A DNA stretch of 60,004 nt from Saprolegnia diclina VS20. Taxonomy: Eukaryota. Below are positions 12,412 through 23,056 of the stretch, in pieces (position 1 is the first letter of the stretch; every line of letters begins with the position of its first letter). The notes beneath the pieces were generated by a model, which saw only the letters and a list, made by a program, of their open reading frames with translations, searched no databases and had not been told where the DNA came from. The stretch covers positions 100,676-160,679 of the forward strand of contig NW_008246135.1 of the NCBI RefSeq assembly GCF_000281045.1, in the 5' to 3' direction. Position numbers and translations under genes: made by a program.

Positions 12412-12427
12412 GAAATGAAAACTGAGT
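12412..12427 (-). promoter_or_regulatory. Oomycete Inr+FPR core promoter of PDI copy 1
   Basis: ACTCAGTTTTCATTTC versus consensus GCTCATTYYNCAWTTT, 24 nt upstream of MNKVL. Confidence 0.65.
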
Positions 12428-12949
12428 TGCATCGGGCTGGTTGGATCCATCCGGAAAATTCATCGAAATGTCCGGTTAATGGCTTCGATCTTTTGAAAAT
12501 GTCGAATGTGCAAAGATCGAAGACGCGCTATGTGCATGGTTCGTGGAGGGTCGCGCTGGGCGGTCGCGCTTCCAAAGATCGCTGGCCAACTGACGTCGTG
12601 GGCCAAGACAGACGGCTGGTGAGGGCGACCGAGATTGCACGGTCGGCGAATCTTGCAACCGTTGAGCTCCTTGCTTGCTATCGCGTAAACGGCTCGTCCT
12701 GAGCTGCGTGACCCGCTCGTACCGGACCAAACTCACGGCCAAGCACTCTCAGAAAGGAATGGAGATTGTGTTACTAGTTGTCGAGTAAAGAACGGCAATC
12801 ACGCTCAATCGATCTACTTCGTCGACAGCACTTGCGTGTCGACGGCTCGTTCGTTGGCGAAACCGCTCGCCTTGTCAGAGAGCAGCTCCCAACGACCAAG
12901 ACGCTTCATCTCTCCCTTGCTATAGGCTCTGCAATGCAGCAGCTGTTCT

Positions 12950-13150
12950 CAAGCGTCTGAACGCTCTGGATTGAGCGCTGGTCCGAGCTGTAATTGTACA
13001 CCTTGTCGTCCTTGAAGAAGACGACCGCAAGCGCTTCAAAGAACGGAGCGATCGCCTTGCACTGAGCAGTCGGCGGAAAACACTCGTGAACCCGTCGCGG
13101 GTTTGATGGTCGTGAGCTGCGTCAACGGTGGTCAGCGCAATGATGCCCCG
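12950..13150 (-). pseudogene. Decayed thioredoxin/PDI-domain relic
   Basis: Minus strand reads QCKAIAPFFEALA-VVFFKDDKVYNYSSDQRS, compared with CKRLAPIFEELA...LVFFKDGKMYEY in the neighbouring PDI. Middle of the domain deleted, first Cys absent, upstream frame broken. Confidence 0.6.
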
Positions 13151-13581
13151 GTCACCGTCTCAATTCTGAACATCAAATTTTGAGATTCAGCAACCATCAG
13201 TCGCATCGATTTGCAGCGGTGCTCCATGGTCTCCACATTCGTCTCCTTCGCAGGCTCTTTCCAGACAGGTGTCAGCGATGGAAAGTACACTATCAAATGC
13301 TGTCGCGCCGACCTGGTGGCTTGGTCGGCAAGTGGTCGAGGTGGCCATCACGACGGCTACGACAGTCTAGTCGCTGATTCCTTCGCAGTGCCCATGAACC
13401 TTGCCTCCATACAAACACATTTGCGTGCTGTTTGGTTGGACCGTGGTTGTCTCTAGAATTCGGACAACCACAGAAATTTGCAGCTTATAATTGAGTAATT
13501 TTAGCCCAGCCCTTCATTCTTCGACTACTACGTACATGATTGCTAGTCAAAATATACGAATCGCAAGGGTGTTGGATGCTC

Positions 13582-15545
13582 CTAGAGCTTATAGTCGCCA
13601 GCGCAGAGTTTGGCGTACACCGCATCGGTGACGCGCGTGACACTCTGCGTTCGCTCCAAAACAAACACGGCGTCGGTCGCCTTTTGGGGGTTGAAGCCGT
13701 CGATCGCGAGCTCGTACGTCTGGTACTTGTGCGTCGTCGTTGTCGGCAGCGGACGGGTCGTGACGCGGACAAAGCGCGGCCACTTGAACGGGGCCACCTT
13801 CATCACCTCGAGCTGCGCGTACAACGTGGTCACGCACGTCTCTGCGTCGTCCTCGGGGGCGATCCGGATGAGCGCCATGCCGGCCTTGCCGTCCACTTGG
13901 GGCACGTTGACGCCGTAGACGACAGCTTCGCGCACCGAAGCGACCGCATTTATCGCGACTGCGACCTCGGTCGAGCTCACGTTCTCGCCCTTCCAGCGAA
14001 ACGTGTCGCCGATGCGCTCGACAAAGTAGACAAAGCCGTCCTCGTCGACCTCGAGCAAATCGCCCGACCGAAAGTACGCGTCGCCTGGCTTGAAGACGTT
14101 GCGCAGAATCTATGACACTATTGTCCACCATATCGAAACATAGAAATAGTGTACCTTGGCCTCGGTGGCGGCAGCGTCCGAGTAGCCATCGAAGCGCCGG
14201 AGCACGTGCGAGTTGTCAATGAGCGCAAGGAGCTCACCGGGTTCGTGGTGGCCGACGGGGATACAGCGACCGCGCGCATTTCGCAGGACCGACTGCGTCT
14301 TTGGGTCGTAGCGAACAATCTTGAGCGGGTAGAGGCGCTTGACGAGCGGCGAGAGGCAGCCAACGGCGCCGACGCGACCTTCTGTGTTGATCAAACCGCC
14401 GTTGCTCTCGGTCGCTGTGTAAAACTCGATGATCTTGGGTACGTGGAACCGCTCTTGGAAGGCGACCCAGACGTCCTTGCGCAGCCCGTTGCCGATCGCG
14501 AGGCGCACAGTATGAGCCACGTCGGCTGCCTGCGGTGGCGTCTGGCAGAGAAACCGGCAGGTCTCGCCAATGTACTGAATGACCGTCGCCTTCCAGTGCA
14601 CGCAGTCGGGCCAAAACTGGGACGCCGAAAACTTGGGCTTGATGAGCTGGACCGCCCCAGTATGCAGCGCGAGGCAAAAGGCCAACAGCGCCGAACCATG
14701 GTAGAGTGGCAGCGCCGTGTAGATGCGGTCGGTCGCCGTCACGGAGCAGTAGCGCATGTAGAGGTACCCGGCGCCGTACCAGCGCAAGTGATTCATTTTA
14801 GCGGCTTTGGGCAAGCCCGTCGTACCACTGGTGAAGATGTGCACGAGCGTGTCGGTGAGCTGGACGCGGTCACGGTAGCTCTCCTCGAGCGGCGACGACG
14901 ACGCATCTGCGTACGCCAGCACCGGCGCGTCATCATGTGACGGCGTCTTGTCGTCCAAGCACAAACATGGGATGCTGGCACGCACGTCGTGCGGTAGCGC
15001 GAGGTAAATGTGCGCGGTGGCCGCTGTGCAGACGACGTGCGTGGCGTGGCACACGTCCAGCGCGTGCACGAGGTGGTCGCCCTGGATCGACGGGTTGAGG
15101 AGCGCCGAGGTCACGCCTATCTTGGCCATCGCAATGATCTACCCACCGACGATAGAAGTGAAGTCAAGACCGTATTCGCTGAAGGAGGAATTACGAGCAA
15201 GGGAAAGAGCACGCCGTTCGGAAGTAGGAGCGCGGCCGTGGCTTGCTGCTGCAACCCGACGTCGTGGCTTGCGCGGGCGATTTGGTTCGTCACTGCATCA
15301 AACTCGCGGTACGAGTAGACTTTAGTCGGCCGCACTTCTTCTGGCAGCGTCGGCGATGGCGATGGCAGCTCGACCTCGACGAGCGGCATGTCGAGCCGCT
15401 GGTCGACGGCGGTAGCCCAAAAGTCGATAAACGTCCAACCGCCCGGGCGGTTCTTCTTGGCGATCGCGTTGCCGTGCGAGGCCACGTCGATGAGCACGCG
15501 GAGGAAGCGCAGGTCCCGGAGGAAGCCGCTCCAGACCTTGCCCAT
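13582..15545 (-). CDS. FATP: Fatty acid transport protein / very-long-chain acyl-CoA synthetase (SLC27/FATP family), 3 exons
   Basis: IFTSGTTGLPKAA AMP-binding loop, YIGETCRFL, EFYTATE, YFRSGDLL, ERIGDTFRWKGENVSSTEV. Confidence 0.92.
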
Positions 15546-15610
15546 GCTCGTCGACTTGGTGTGGCAGCGGGTTGTGTCCAGCGTCTGAACCCTACCACCG
15601 TTGTTGTCCG

Positions 15611-15633
15611 TGATTGGTTGATATAGACCAATC
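15611..15633. promoter_or_regulatory. Inverted pair of CCAAT boxes upstream of FATP
   Basis: TGATTGG (15611) and GACCAATC (15626), about 65-90 nt upstream of the FATP ATG. Confidence 0.45.
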
Positions 15634-16211
15634 GCCAACGAGTATATCTTTGGCGAAAGGTCACAGCGAGGGTCGTCGACTCCTCTCGACGCGACAAGGG
15701 AGTCGAGGTAGACGAACATGCGAGGGCCCCATCTAGACCCTAAATACGAGATGATAAATGTATTCGCGTGGCGAATACTGGGCCTCTCGGCGTCTTCGCA
15801 CCTGTTTGACGTGTACCGACACCGCACTGCATCGATCAATCTCACATGTGCAACGCGTAAAACTAAATGGCCAAGTTGTCGCCATTCATGGAGCTATCTG
15901 GTCTGGTTTCTGCAGTTGCCTTCGTCCCCACAGAGACTCTAGCCCACACGTAGTGCTGTCGACGTCGCGTAGCCACCACACAAAAGTCCATGAGCCGCTG
16001 TACGGAATCGCTCGCTGGTATAATAGGCTGCACCAGTCGTGCACCCATGTACTCTGGCAGGCACCTCGCCACGTCACCGACTTGGAACAATTTGAGGTAG
16101 TCGCCTCAATAAGATGAGGCAAGTACCGTCCTCGACTGTAGCTTCGAAAATCGAACCGACTCCCGCTTCAAGCTGCAGCATCACACGCACTTTCCAAGTA
16201 CCCACCATACG

Positions 16212-16766
16212 ATGTATCTCGGCCATGCGTCTGCGTACATGGCGCTGGCCTTCTGGATTGCGTCGTCGGCGGCGTCGTCCGTCGTCCGCCTCACCAGTGC
16301 CACGTTCGACGCGGTGACGCAGCTCCAGTCGCCCGAGACGGACTGGTTCATTGCCTTCCACGCACCCAACTGCCAGTACTACAAAGCACTTGAGCCGACG
16401 CTCAGCGCTGTCGCCAAGGCTTTGCCCAAGCAACTGCGCGTTGGCGCGGTGGACGGCCGTCAAAACGCCGATCTCAAAGACCGCTTCTATGTGCGGCGAA
16501 CGCCGACCGTGTACTTCTTCCACAATGGACGCATGTACCCGTTCAAGGGGCCGCAGACCGTCGAGTACATGACCGAGTACGCCAGCGGCCGCTTCCGCGA
16601 GATTGACCGCGCGAACCTCAACTTCAAACGCTACCAGCCCGTGCCGCCGCCGGTCCGACAACAGACGACTCTCGATGACGTCAATGCAACGTCGGCCGCG
16701 GACTCGTCGGCGACGTCGACGACCCATCACTTGGCGGCAACTAGCAACATGAAGAGTGATTTGTAA
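16212..16766 (+). CDS. Secretory single-thioredoxin-domain protein with degenerate active site (CQYY)
   Basis: Signal-like N-terminus; VVRLTSATFDAVT..DWFIAFHAPNCQYYK..VGAVDG..RRTPTVYFF; ends KSDL. Confidence 0.8.
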   Translation: MYLGHASAYMALAFWIASSAASSVVRLTSATFDAVTQLQSPETDWFIAFHAPNCQYYKALEPTLSAVAKALPKQLRVGAVDGRQNADLKDRFYVRRTPTVYFFHNGRMYPFKGPQTVEYMTEYASGRFREIDRANLNFKRYQPVPPPVRQQTTLDDVNATSAADSSATSTTHHLAATSNMKSDL

Positions 16767-17233
16767 CGAGAATATGGTCAATTTGTCTATCTATAGTCGT
16801 GGACGGGTAGCCGTTGTGACGTCCAACGCTTCATCGTAGGCGGTGGCAGTAGACAAGTGTAAAGGTGCGTCAAGAACGGAGACTCGGGCCGTACCACAGT
16901 ATAGAGAGCTTCGCCTGAGTCTGCCGAGGCGACCATTGCCGCGTGCCCCTGCATGCTCACACACAAACGCACGGGTGCTGTCGATAGCTGCTTCGCAGTC
17001 CGTCCGCGCGGCCACCGCACGCACGGTTTCCCAGTGGTTGGTGACATGTACGACAGTATCGGCATCACGCTTGGCAGGTGCTGCTGGTACCCGTGGGCTA
17101 GCATAGAGGGCTTCTGGCGGCGCTGGCACACTCGTGGCGACCTTCGACACATATCTTCTACATTTCAAAAGATCGAAGCCATTAACCGGACATTTCGATG
17201 AATTTTCCGGATGGATCCAACCACCACCATGCA

Positions 17234-17249
17234 ACTCAGTTTTCATTTC
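17234..17249 (+). promoter_or_regulatory. Oomycete Inr+FPR core promoter of PDI copy 2
   Basis: ACTCAGTTTTCATTTC; supports ATG 17274 rather than 17211 as the true start. Confidence 0.65.
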
Positions 17250-17273
17250 TCATTGCCTCGCACCGTGAGTCGA

Positions 17274-19838
17274 ATGAACAAGGTACTGGCCGCGCTCCTC
17301 GCGGTCTCGATCGCGCTTCTCTCGCTCGTCGTCGCCGCCGACGACGCCAGCAACGTCATCCAGCTCACTGGCGACAACTTTAACGAGCTCACGCAGCTCG
17401 AATCCGGCGATCGCGGCGACTGGCTCATCAAGTTTTACGCGCCGTGGTGCGGCCACTGCAAGCGCCTCGCGCCCATCTTTGAAGAGCTCGCTATCGAGGT
17501 CGCGGGTCAAACCTCGATTGCCGAGATCGACGTCGAGGCGCACACGGACATCAAGGAGCAGTTTGGCGTCACGGGCTACCCGACATTGCTCTTCTTCAAG
17601 CACGGCAAGATGTACAGCTTCAAGGGCGAGCGCACGGTCGCGGGCTTCAAGACGTTCCTCGAAACGGGGTACGAGGCCATGGACGCCAAGCCCGTGCCCA
17701 AGAAGCGCGACCCGAACGCGCCGTCGTTCGTCGAGGCGCTGACAGCCGACACGTTTGACGCCAACGTGCTCGCGCCTGGCAGCAACGGCTGGCTCGTCAA
17801 GTTCTACGCGCCGTGGTGCGGCCACTGCAAGCAGCTCGCGCCGACGTACGACGCTCTCTCGCAGGACCTGAACGGCCAAGTGCACATTGCCAAGGTCGAC
17901 GTCACCGAGCACGAAGCACTTGGCGAGCGTTTTGGCATCCAGGGGTTCCCGACACTCGTCTTCTTCAAGGACGGCAAAATGTACGAGTACGCGGGTACGC
18001 GCAGCCTCGACGCCCTCACGACATTTGTCACGAGTGGGTACCTCGAGCAGAGTGGCGACCCGATTCCGATGGCGGACGGCGGTATCTCGGAAGAGGACTC
18101 GGCGGTCGTCAAGCTCACGACCGCCACCTTTGACGAGCTCGTATTGGCGCCGAGTAGCGGCGGGTGGTTCATCAAGTTTATGGCGCCGTGGTGCGGCCAC
18201 TGCAAGAAGATGGCGCGGACGTGGGAAAAGCTCGCGCTGTCGCTCCAGGACAACGCCGACGTGCACATTGCCAAGGTCGACGCGACCGACGACGTCGACC
18301 TCAAGCTGCGCTTCCAAGTCAACGGGTACCCGACCGTGCTCTTTGTCAAGGACAACCAGATGTATGCGTACGACGGCGCGCGCACGCTCGAAGCGCTCGA
18401 GGCGTTTGCGACCGGCGGCTACACCGAGAAGGAGGCATCCGACATCCCGACGTCGCCGCTCGTCGACCTCAGCGACGACACGTTTGATGCGGTCACGCGC
18501 GTGCACGAGCCCGACGCCGACGCGTGGCTGGTGCAGTTCCACGCGCACTGGTGCGGCCACTGCAAGGAGATGATGGGCGCGATGCTGCAAACAGCGCTGA
18601 CGCTCAAGGACCACGGCAACGTCCACGTCGCCCGCGTCGACGCCGACAAGAACGCCAAGCTCGGCATGCGCTTCGCCATCACGGGCTACCCGACGCTCGT
18701 GCTCATCCGCGACGGCCGCGTCTACGAGTTTGACGGCGTCCGCGACCCGAAGCTCATGACGGCGTTTGCGCTGACCGACTATGCGACCAAAGAGTCGCGC
18801 CCGCTGCCGCCCATCGCTGGGACACCAAGTGCGAAGAAGGCCGTGAGCGAGATCGACGAAGCGGCGCTTGCTCATGTGCACAAGCTCACGACCGACGACG
18901 TGCGCGGGGCCAAGCTACCGCGCCTGGTCATGTTCCATGCGCCGTGGTGCGGCCACTGCAACAAGCTGCTCCCGACCTTTGGCAAGGTGGCGACGGCGCT
19001 TCAGGCCAAGCACGTCCTCGCCGGCTCGATCGATGGCACCAACGTGGCCAACCGCCCGCTCCTACAAGCCTTTAGCATCGCGTCATACCCGACCGTCCTG
19101 ATGCTCCACGATACGTCGTACACGCTCTTTGAGGGCGAGCGCAGCATGGACGCGCTCGTAGCATTTGCCGACGGCGGCTACAAGACAGCGACCAACACCA
19201 AGGACATGCCGGTGATTCCCACGGCGACCAAGGAGGTCAAGGAAGACGCACCGACCGAGATGGCCAAGAACGTGCACGTGGCCGAGTGGACGACCACGAT
19301 CTTCGACACGGTGCTGCAAGGACCGGCCAACGTCTCGTCCGAGCTCTTCGTCCTCGAGTTCTACGCGCAGTGGTGCGGCCCGTGCCGGGCGTTTGCAGCT
19401 GCGTACGAAGCCATTGCGCAAGAGCTCAAGACGTCGGCGCCCAACGTGGTCGTCGCCCGCATCGACGGCGCGCTCGAGGACGAGCTGCGCACGCGCCTCA
19501 ACGTCCAGAGCTACCCGAGCGTGCTGTTGGTCGACAAGACCAAGCGACTCGTGTACGCCTTCCCGGGCAAGGAGCGAACCAAGGACGCGGTCCTCGACTT
19601 TGTCAAGGGCGGGTACAAGGAGACGACGCCGACCGCGCTCCCGCACCCGCCGTCGGCGCTGCATGCGATGGGCCACGCCGTCTCGCTCTTTGTATCGGAG
19701 CTGCTCGCTCTCCGCTTCGAGATGATCGCGGCTGTCTTGGTGCTCGGTGGCGGTCTTGGCTACACCGTCGCCGTCCTGCGGTCGCCCAAGAAGCTCCCAA
19801 AAGGTCTCAAGCCGCTGAAAGCCAAGAAGAACGAGTGA
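17274..19838 (+). CDS. Type-I membrane PDI-family protein with six thioredoxin domains, copy 2 (854 aa)
   Basis: Same architecture as copy 1; I count 15 amino-acid differences by eye. AATAAA at 19889-19894. Confidence 0.92.
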   Translation: MNKVLAALLAVSIALLSLVVAADDASNVIQLTGDNFNELTQLESGDRGDWLIKFYAPWCGHCKRLAPIFEELAIEVAGQTSIAEIDVEAHTDIKEQFGVTGYPTLLFFKHGKMYSFKGERTVAGFKTFLETGYEAMDAKPVPKKRDPNAPSFVEALTADTFDANVLAPGSNGWLVKFYAPWCGHCKQLAPTYDALSQDLNGQVHIAKVDVTEHEALGERFGIQGFPTLVFFKDGKMYEYAGTRSLDALTTFVTSGYLEQSGDPIPMADGGISEEDSAVVKLTTATFDELVLAPSSGGWFIKFMAPWCGHCKKMARTWEKLALSLQDNADVHIAKVDATDDVDLKLRFQVNGYPTVLFVKDNQMYAYDGARTLEALEAFATGGYTEKEASDIPTSPLVDLSDDTFDAVTRVHEPDADAWLVQFHAHWCGHCKEMMGAMLQTALTLKDHGNVHVARVDADKNAKLGMRFAITGYPTLVLIRDGRVYEFDGVRDPKLMTAFALTDYATKESRPLPPIAGTPSAKKAVSEIDEAALAHVHKLTTDDVRGAKLPRLVMFHAPWCGHCNKLLPTFGKVATALQAKHVLAGSIDGTNVANRPLLQAFSIASYPTVLMLHDTSYTLFEGERSMDALVAFADGGYKTATNTKDMPVIPTATKEVKEDAPTEMAKNVHVAEWTTTIFDTVLQGPANVSSELFVLEFYAQWCGPCRAFAAAYEAIAQELKTSAPNVVVARIDGALEDELRTRLNVQSYPSVLLVDKTKRLVYAFPGKERTKDAVLDFVKGGYKETTPTALPHPPSALHAMGHAVSLFVSELLALRFEMIAAVLVLGGGLGYTVAVLRSPKKLPKGLKPLKAKKNE

Positions 19839-20068
19839 TGTGACGCACAGAGGACTGCATACGCTTGCTGCACGGTAGCATCTGCATCAATAAAGCTTGC
19901 ATTTAGTGTCGAGATGGACGGGTGGATACACTTGTTGTCTGCTTGGTGCACAGGTTGTCGACGAGGTGTACATCTCGGTCTCGACCGCTCCACAGAAGGC
20001 ATCGTAGGGCATCGGCATAGCCAGCACATGGGTGTCCTTGGTCAAGGTCGACTCGAAAATGGACGCAG

Positions 20069-21235
20069 TTACAACGCCTGGAGCTGCGCCATGAGCGCTT
20101 CGACCGACGTCTCGGGCGCCACTCGAACGCACTCGCTTGGTGTCGCGTCGTCCACAGCAGTTGCCTCGTACGCAAAGCTCAGCCCCAAAGGCGTCGGTAT
20201 CGGCGCCTCGAGACTCGTGTCGGTGCTGCCATCGCACACTTGGATGCCCCAGTCGTTGGTGTCGTGCACCACCGCATCAAGCGTCACGACGTCGGCGATG
20301 GACGGGGACCACGGACCGTGCGTGGCTTGCTGGCGGCGGCAGTCGGCGCTCGCACACTCGGGGTTGGGCCGCAGAAGGTCCATCGGGAAGAAATCGCGCA
20401 GCGCGCTGTAGCCGAGGTAGTACGAGACGCTGCCAAAGCGCAGGAGGAGCTTGAGCGCGTTCTGAACGAGAAGCGCGGCGATGAGCCCCATCGTCGTTGG
20501 GAGCGAAGCGGCGCAGACGCCGTCGCGCTTGAGCGTCGACTCGGGCACGCCGGACGCGACGATGAGGGGCGGTAGGCACTCGAAACACGCGGTGCGCCCG
20601 GGCAGGAGCGTCTGGATGTGGCCCGAGACCGCGTCTTCCGAGACGCCGCTCTCCATCCACGTCATATCGAGCTCGTTGCAGGCTTGGTTGATCGACATGC
20701 GAGCCGCGTAGTTGTCGACGCAGCTCAAGACGAGGTCGACGCGCCCGCCATGGAGGCCACCGTGCGTGATGCGATGAAGGAGGCGCTCAAAGTTGGCGGT
20801 TGTCGTAATGTCCATCGTGTGCTCTTCAAAGGCCACGTCCGGGTTGATCGCCGATAGCGTCTGCACGGACGCGGCCGTCTTGGTCATGCCCGCTTGGTGC
20901 GGCCGGAAGAAGAGGCGGTTCATGTTGGCGAGCTCCACGTGATCGTAGTCGTAGAGCAAGAGCTTCCCGATGCCGCAGCGCGTTAGCATCTCGGCGGCGA
21001 CAGATCCGACGCCGCCGAGACCGACGATGAGCACCGAGAGCGACCGGATCGACTCGTAGTCGGCGACGACGCCCATGCGCTGGAGCGCCATGAGCCGGCT
21101 GTAGGGATTCGAGTCGATGACCTCGCTGCTCATGTGCTCTACCTTGGGCCGAGCGCCATGCTTCTCTGCCTCGAGCTCGCGGATGTGGGCTTCGAGGACC
21201 GCGATGCGCGCCTGCAGCGCGTCGACGTCGGCCAT
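20069..21235 (-). CDS. UBA5: UFM1-activating E1 enzyme UBA5
   Basis: MSSEVIDSNPYSRLMALQRMG, GLGGVG, ELANMNRLFF, ESGVSEDAVSGHIQ, catalytic GVCAASLPTT, WGIQV UFM1/LIR motif, C-terminal LMAQL helix. Confidence 0.96.
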   Translation of the reverse strand: MADVDALQARIAVLEAHIRELEAEKHGARPKVEHMSSEVIDSNPYSRLMALQRMGVVADYESIRSLSVLIVGLGGVGSVAAEMLTRCGIGKLLLYDYDHVELANMNRLFFRPHQAGMTKTAASVQTLSAINPDVAFEEHTMDITTTANFERLLHRITHGGLHGGRVDLVLSCVDNYAARMSINQACNELDMTWMESGVSEDAVSGHIQTLLPGRTACFECLPPLIVASGVPESTLKRDGVCAASLPTTMGLIAALLVQNALKLLLRFGSVSYYLGYSALRDFFPMDLLRPNPECASADCRRQQATHGPWSPSIADVVTLDAVVHDTNDWGIQVCDGSTDTSLEAPIPTPLGLSFAYEATAVDDATPSECVRVAPETSVEALMAQLQAL

Positions 21236-21904
21236 GTGGCACTCGGATCGCAATGCCTAATTAGGGATTTGATCTTTCTTTGTTTTCGGCACCGCAGCCC
21301 ATCTTGGCGAAGTTATCCGGATCAAAATTCACCAGCGGGCATTTATAGCAAAACGACTGGTAGAAGCGCGCATCAAGGGACTTCTCCGTTCGAGTGATAG
21401 ATAGGAACTGCTGGACATCGACCATTCACACCTCATTTTCGCGCCAAGAACGATCAAAGCCGAGCTGCGATGACAACGACAGCGCGGGGCGATACCGTCT
21501 GTCTGCAGTGATCAGGTGAGCCTGCTCGCCCGAGAATGGCTGATTTCCAAGCTCCAAGCAGATCTATTTGGACGCTACCTGTGAGCGTACGCGCGTAGGG
21601 ATGACTGTTTAGGGCTTGTGTTGACGACCAATCCTCGTATCTTATTGTACGTGGAACCCAACGGAGCTTGAAGCGGCAGCTGCGTGTCCGGCAGTCTTGG
21701 CCATCGAGCCCTTCGTGGCGATTCGGCGCGAAATGCAGCAATTTGAGCCTCCACTAAGGACGGCTACCGATTGCAGTCAAGGAGTTGCCCATCAAGCTCT
21801 ACTGTCGCCGCCACGCAACTTGGAATTTGTATGCTCTCGGTATCCGGCGCCGCCTGTCTTGGCGAAACCAGCTTTTTTTCCCAGTCATTTCCCAACCCTC
21901 AACC

Positions 21905-22678
21905 ATGTCGACTGAAGCGAGTCCCCCGCCAGCCTTGGCCATCGCGACGCCTGCGCCGGTGCCGATGGCCGTGGCGGTCGCCGTGCCATCGTCGCCAGCA
22001 TCGTCCTCGACTGCGTCGTCGCCCGTCGCCGGCGAAGGCGCGGCGCTGCTCCCGGGCAAGAAGGTCAAGATTTCGGCGAAAGAAAAGTTCAAGCGCCTCG
22101 AGATCCGCCGCGTGAACGGCTACCTCCGCATCGTCAACCTCGTGCTCGGCGCGCTCATGCTGTGGTACAGCGGCAACCTCCTGTACACGACGACGACGTA
22201 CAAGGGCATGCTCGACGCGCTCTTCCTCATCGCGCAGGCCGCGCTCCTCGTGCTCTTTGAGCTCCGCGACAACTTTCCCAACGTCGCGCAGGGCATGCAC
22301 GACTTCCTCGGCTTTATGTTTACAGCGTATGGCCGCTCGACGCTCTTTCTCGTGTACGATCCAATGATGATGACGATGAACCATGGACGCTCATGCGTGT
22401 GGATAGGATGGGCACGTGGGCGCCGACCCAGGACTCAACGGGCATAGTCTTGGGCATTGCGTTTTGCATCCTCGGCCTCATCAACTTCACCTTCATCCTC
22501 GCGGTACGCTCGCCATCCCATGCTGCTGCGGATGGCTCATGCATCCTATGCGTAGCACCCGAGCTACAAGCAAGCGATGGCCGATGCGTCGGGCTCGCAG
22601 GTCACGGCCGTCGTTGTCGTCAGCGAAGCGCCCAAGCCCGCGTACGGTGCCACGGACGCCCCCGAGAAGGCTGTCTAA
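21905..22678 (+). CDS. COPI-associated/Tvp15-like small multi-pass membrane protein, 3 exons
   Basis: Four hydrophobic segments; FLGFMFTAYGRSTLFL and GLINFTFILAHPSY patterns. Confidence 0.65.
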
Positions 22679-23056
22679 GACGCTATCATTTCTATATGGT
22701 TCTTCTAATGCATGCGTCTTGCCGCTTTGCAGTGGTGGCGTTGGCGGCGGCATGTAGCCTCCTGGAGGCGCAGGGAGCGACGTTGGTGAGCGGTGACCCG
22801 GCCATGTGAGCCTCGTTGGGCGAAGAGCCCGTGAGCCTCGTCCTCGCTTCGTCCACCGCCACTCTTCCAGCAACGGCCACTTCGAAACGAAGGTCGAACA
22901 AGTGGCGTGTTTTTAGCGCATCTATTTTATTCCGTCGATTTAAAGATGACTTGATAAATGTATGGAATGCGCAGCAATGAATTGTCTGTCTTTTCTGTCG
23001 CTGGCACGCTGGATCTCAATTCCAAATTGGAGCTGAGAGCCGCAGATCGCTGTGCC

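Larger units (their letters stand above)
9507..12500. repeat. Left arm of a ~3.0-kb inverted segmental duplication
   Basis: Reverse complement of 17161-20154. Mirror positions sum to 29661 at every point checked (stop codons 9823/19838, upstream ATGs 12450/17211, outer ends 9507/20154). Confidence 0.95.
17161..20154. repeat. Right arm of the ~3.0-kb inverted duplication (probable source copy)
   Basis: Reverse complement of 9507-12500; here the sequence continues into intact UBA5. Confidence 0.95.

Noticed and set aside
16787..17160. Minus-strand ORFs at the inner edge of the right arm
   Set aside because: No recognisable motif or clear start; a small gene or relic cannot be excluded but is unsupported.
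17211..17273. 21-aa N-terminal extension of the PDI ORFs
   Set aside because: The Inr/FPR element lies inside it and the signal peptide starts at MNKVL.
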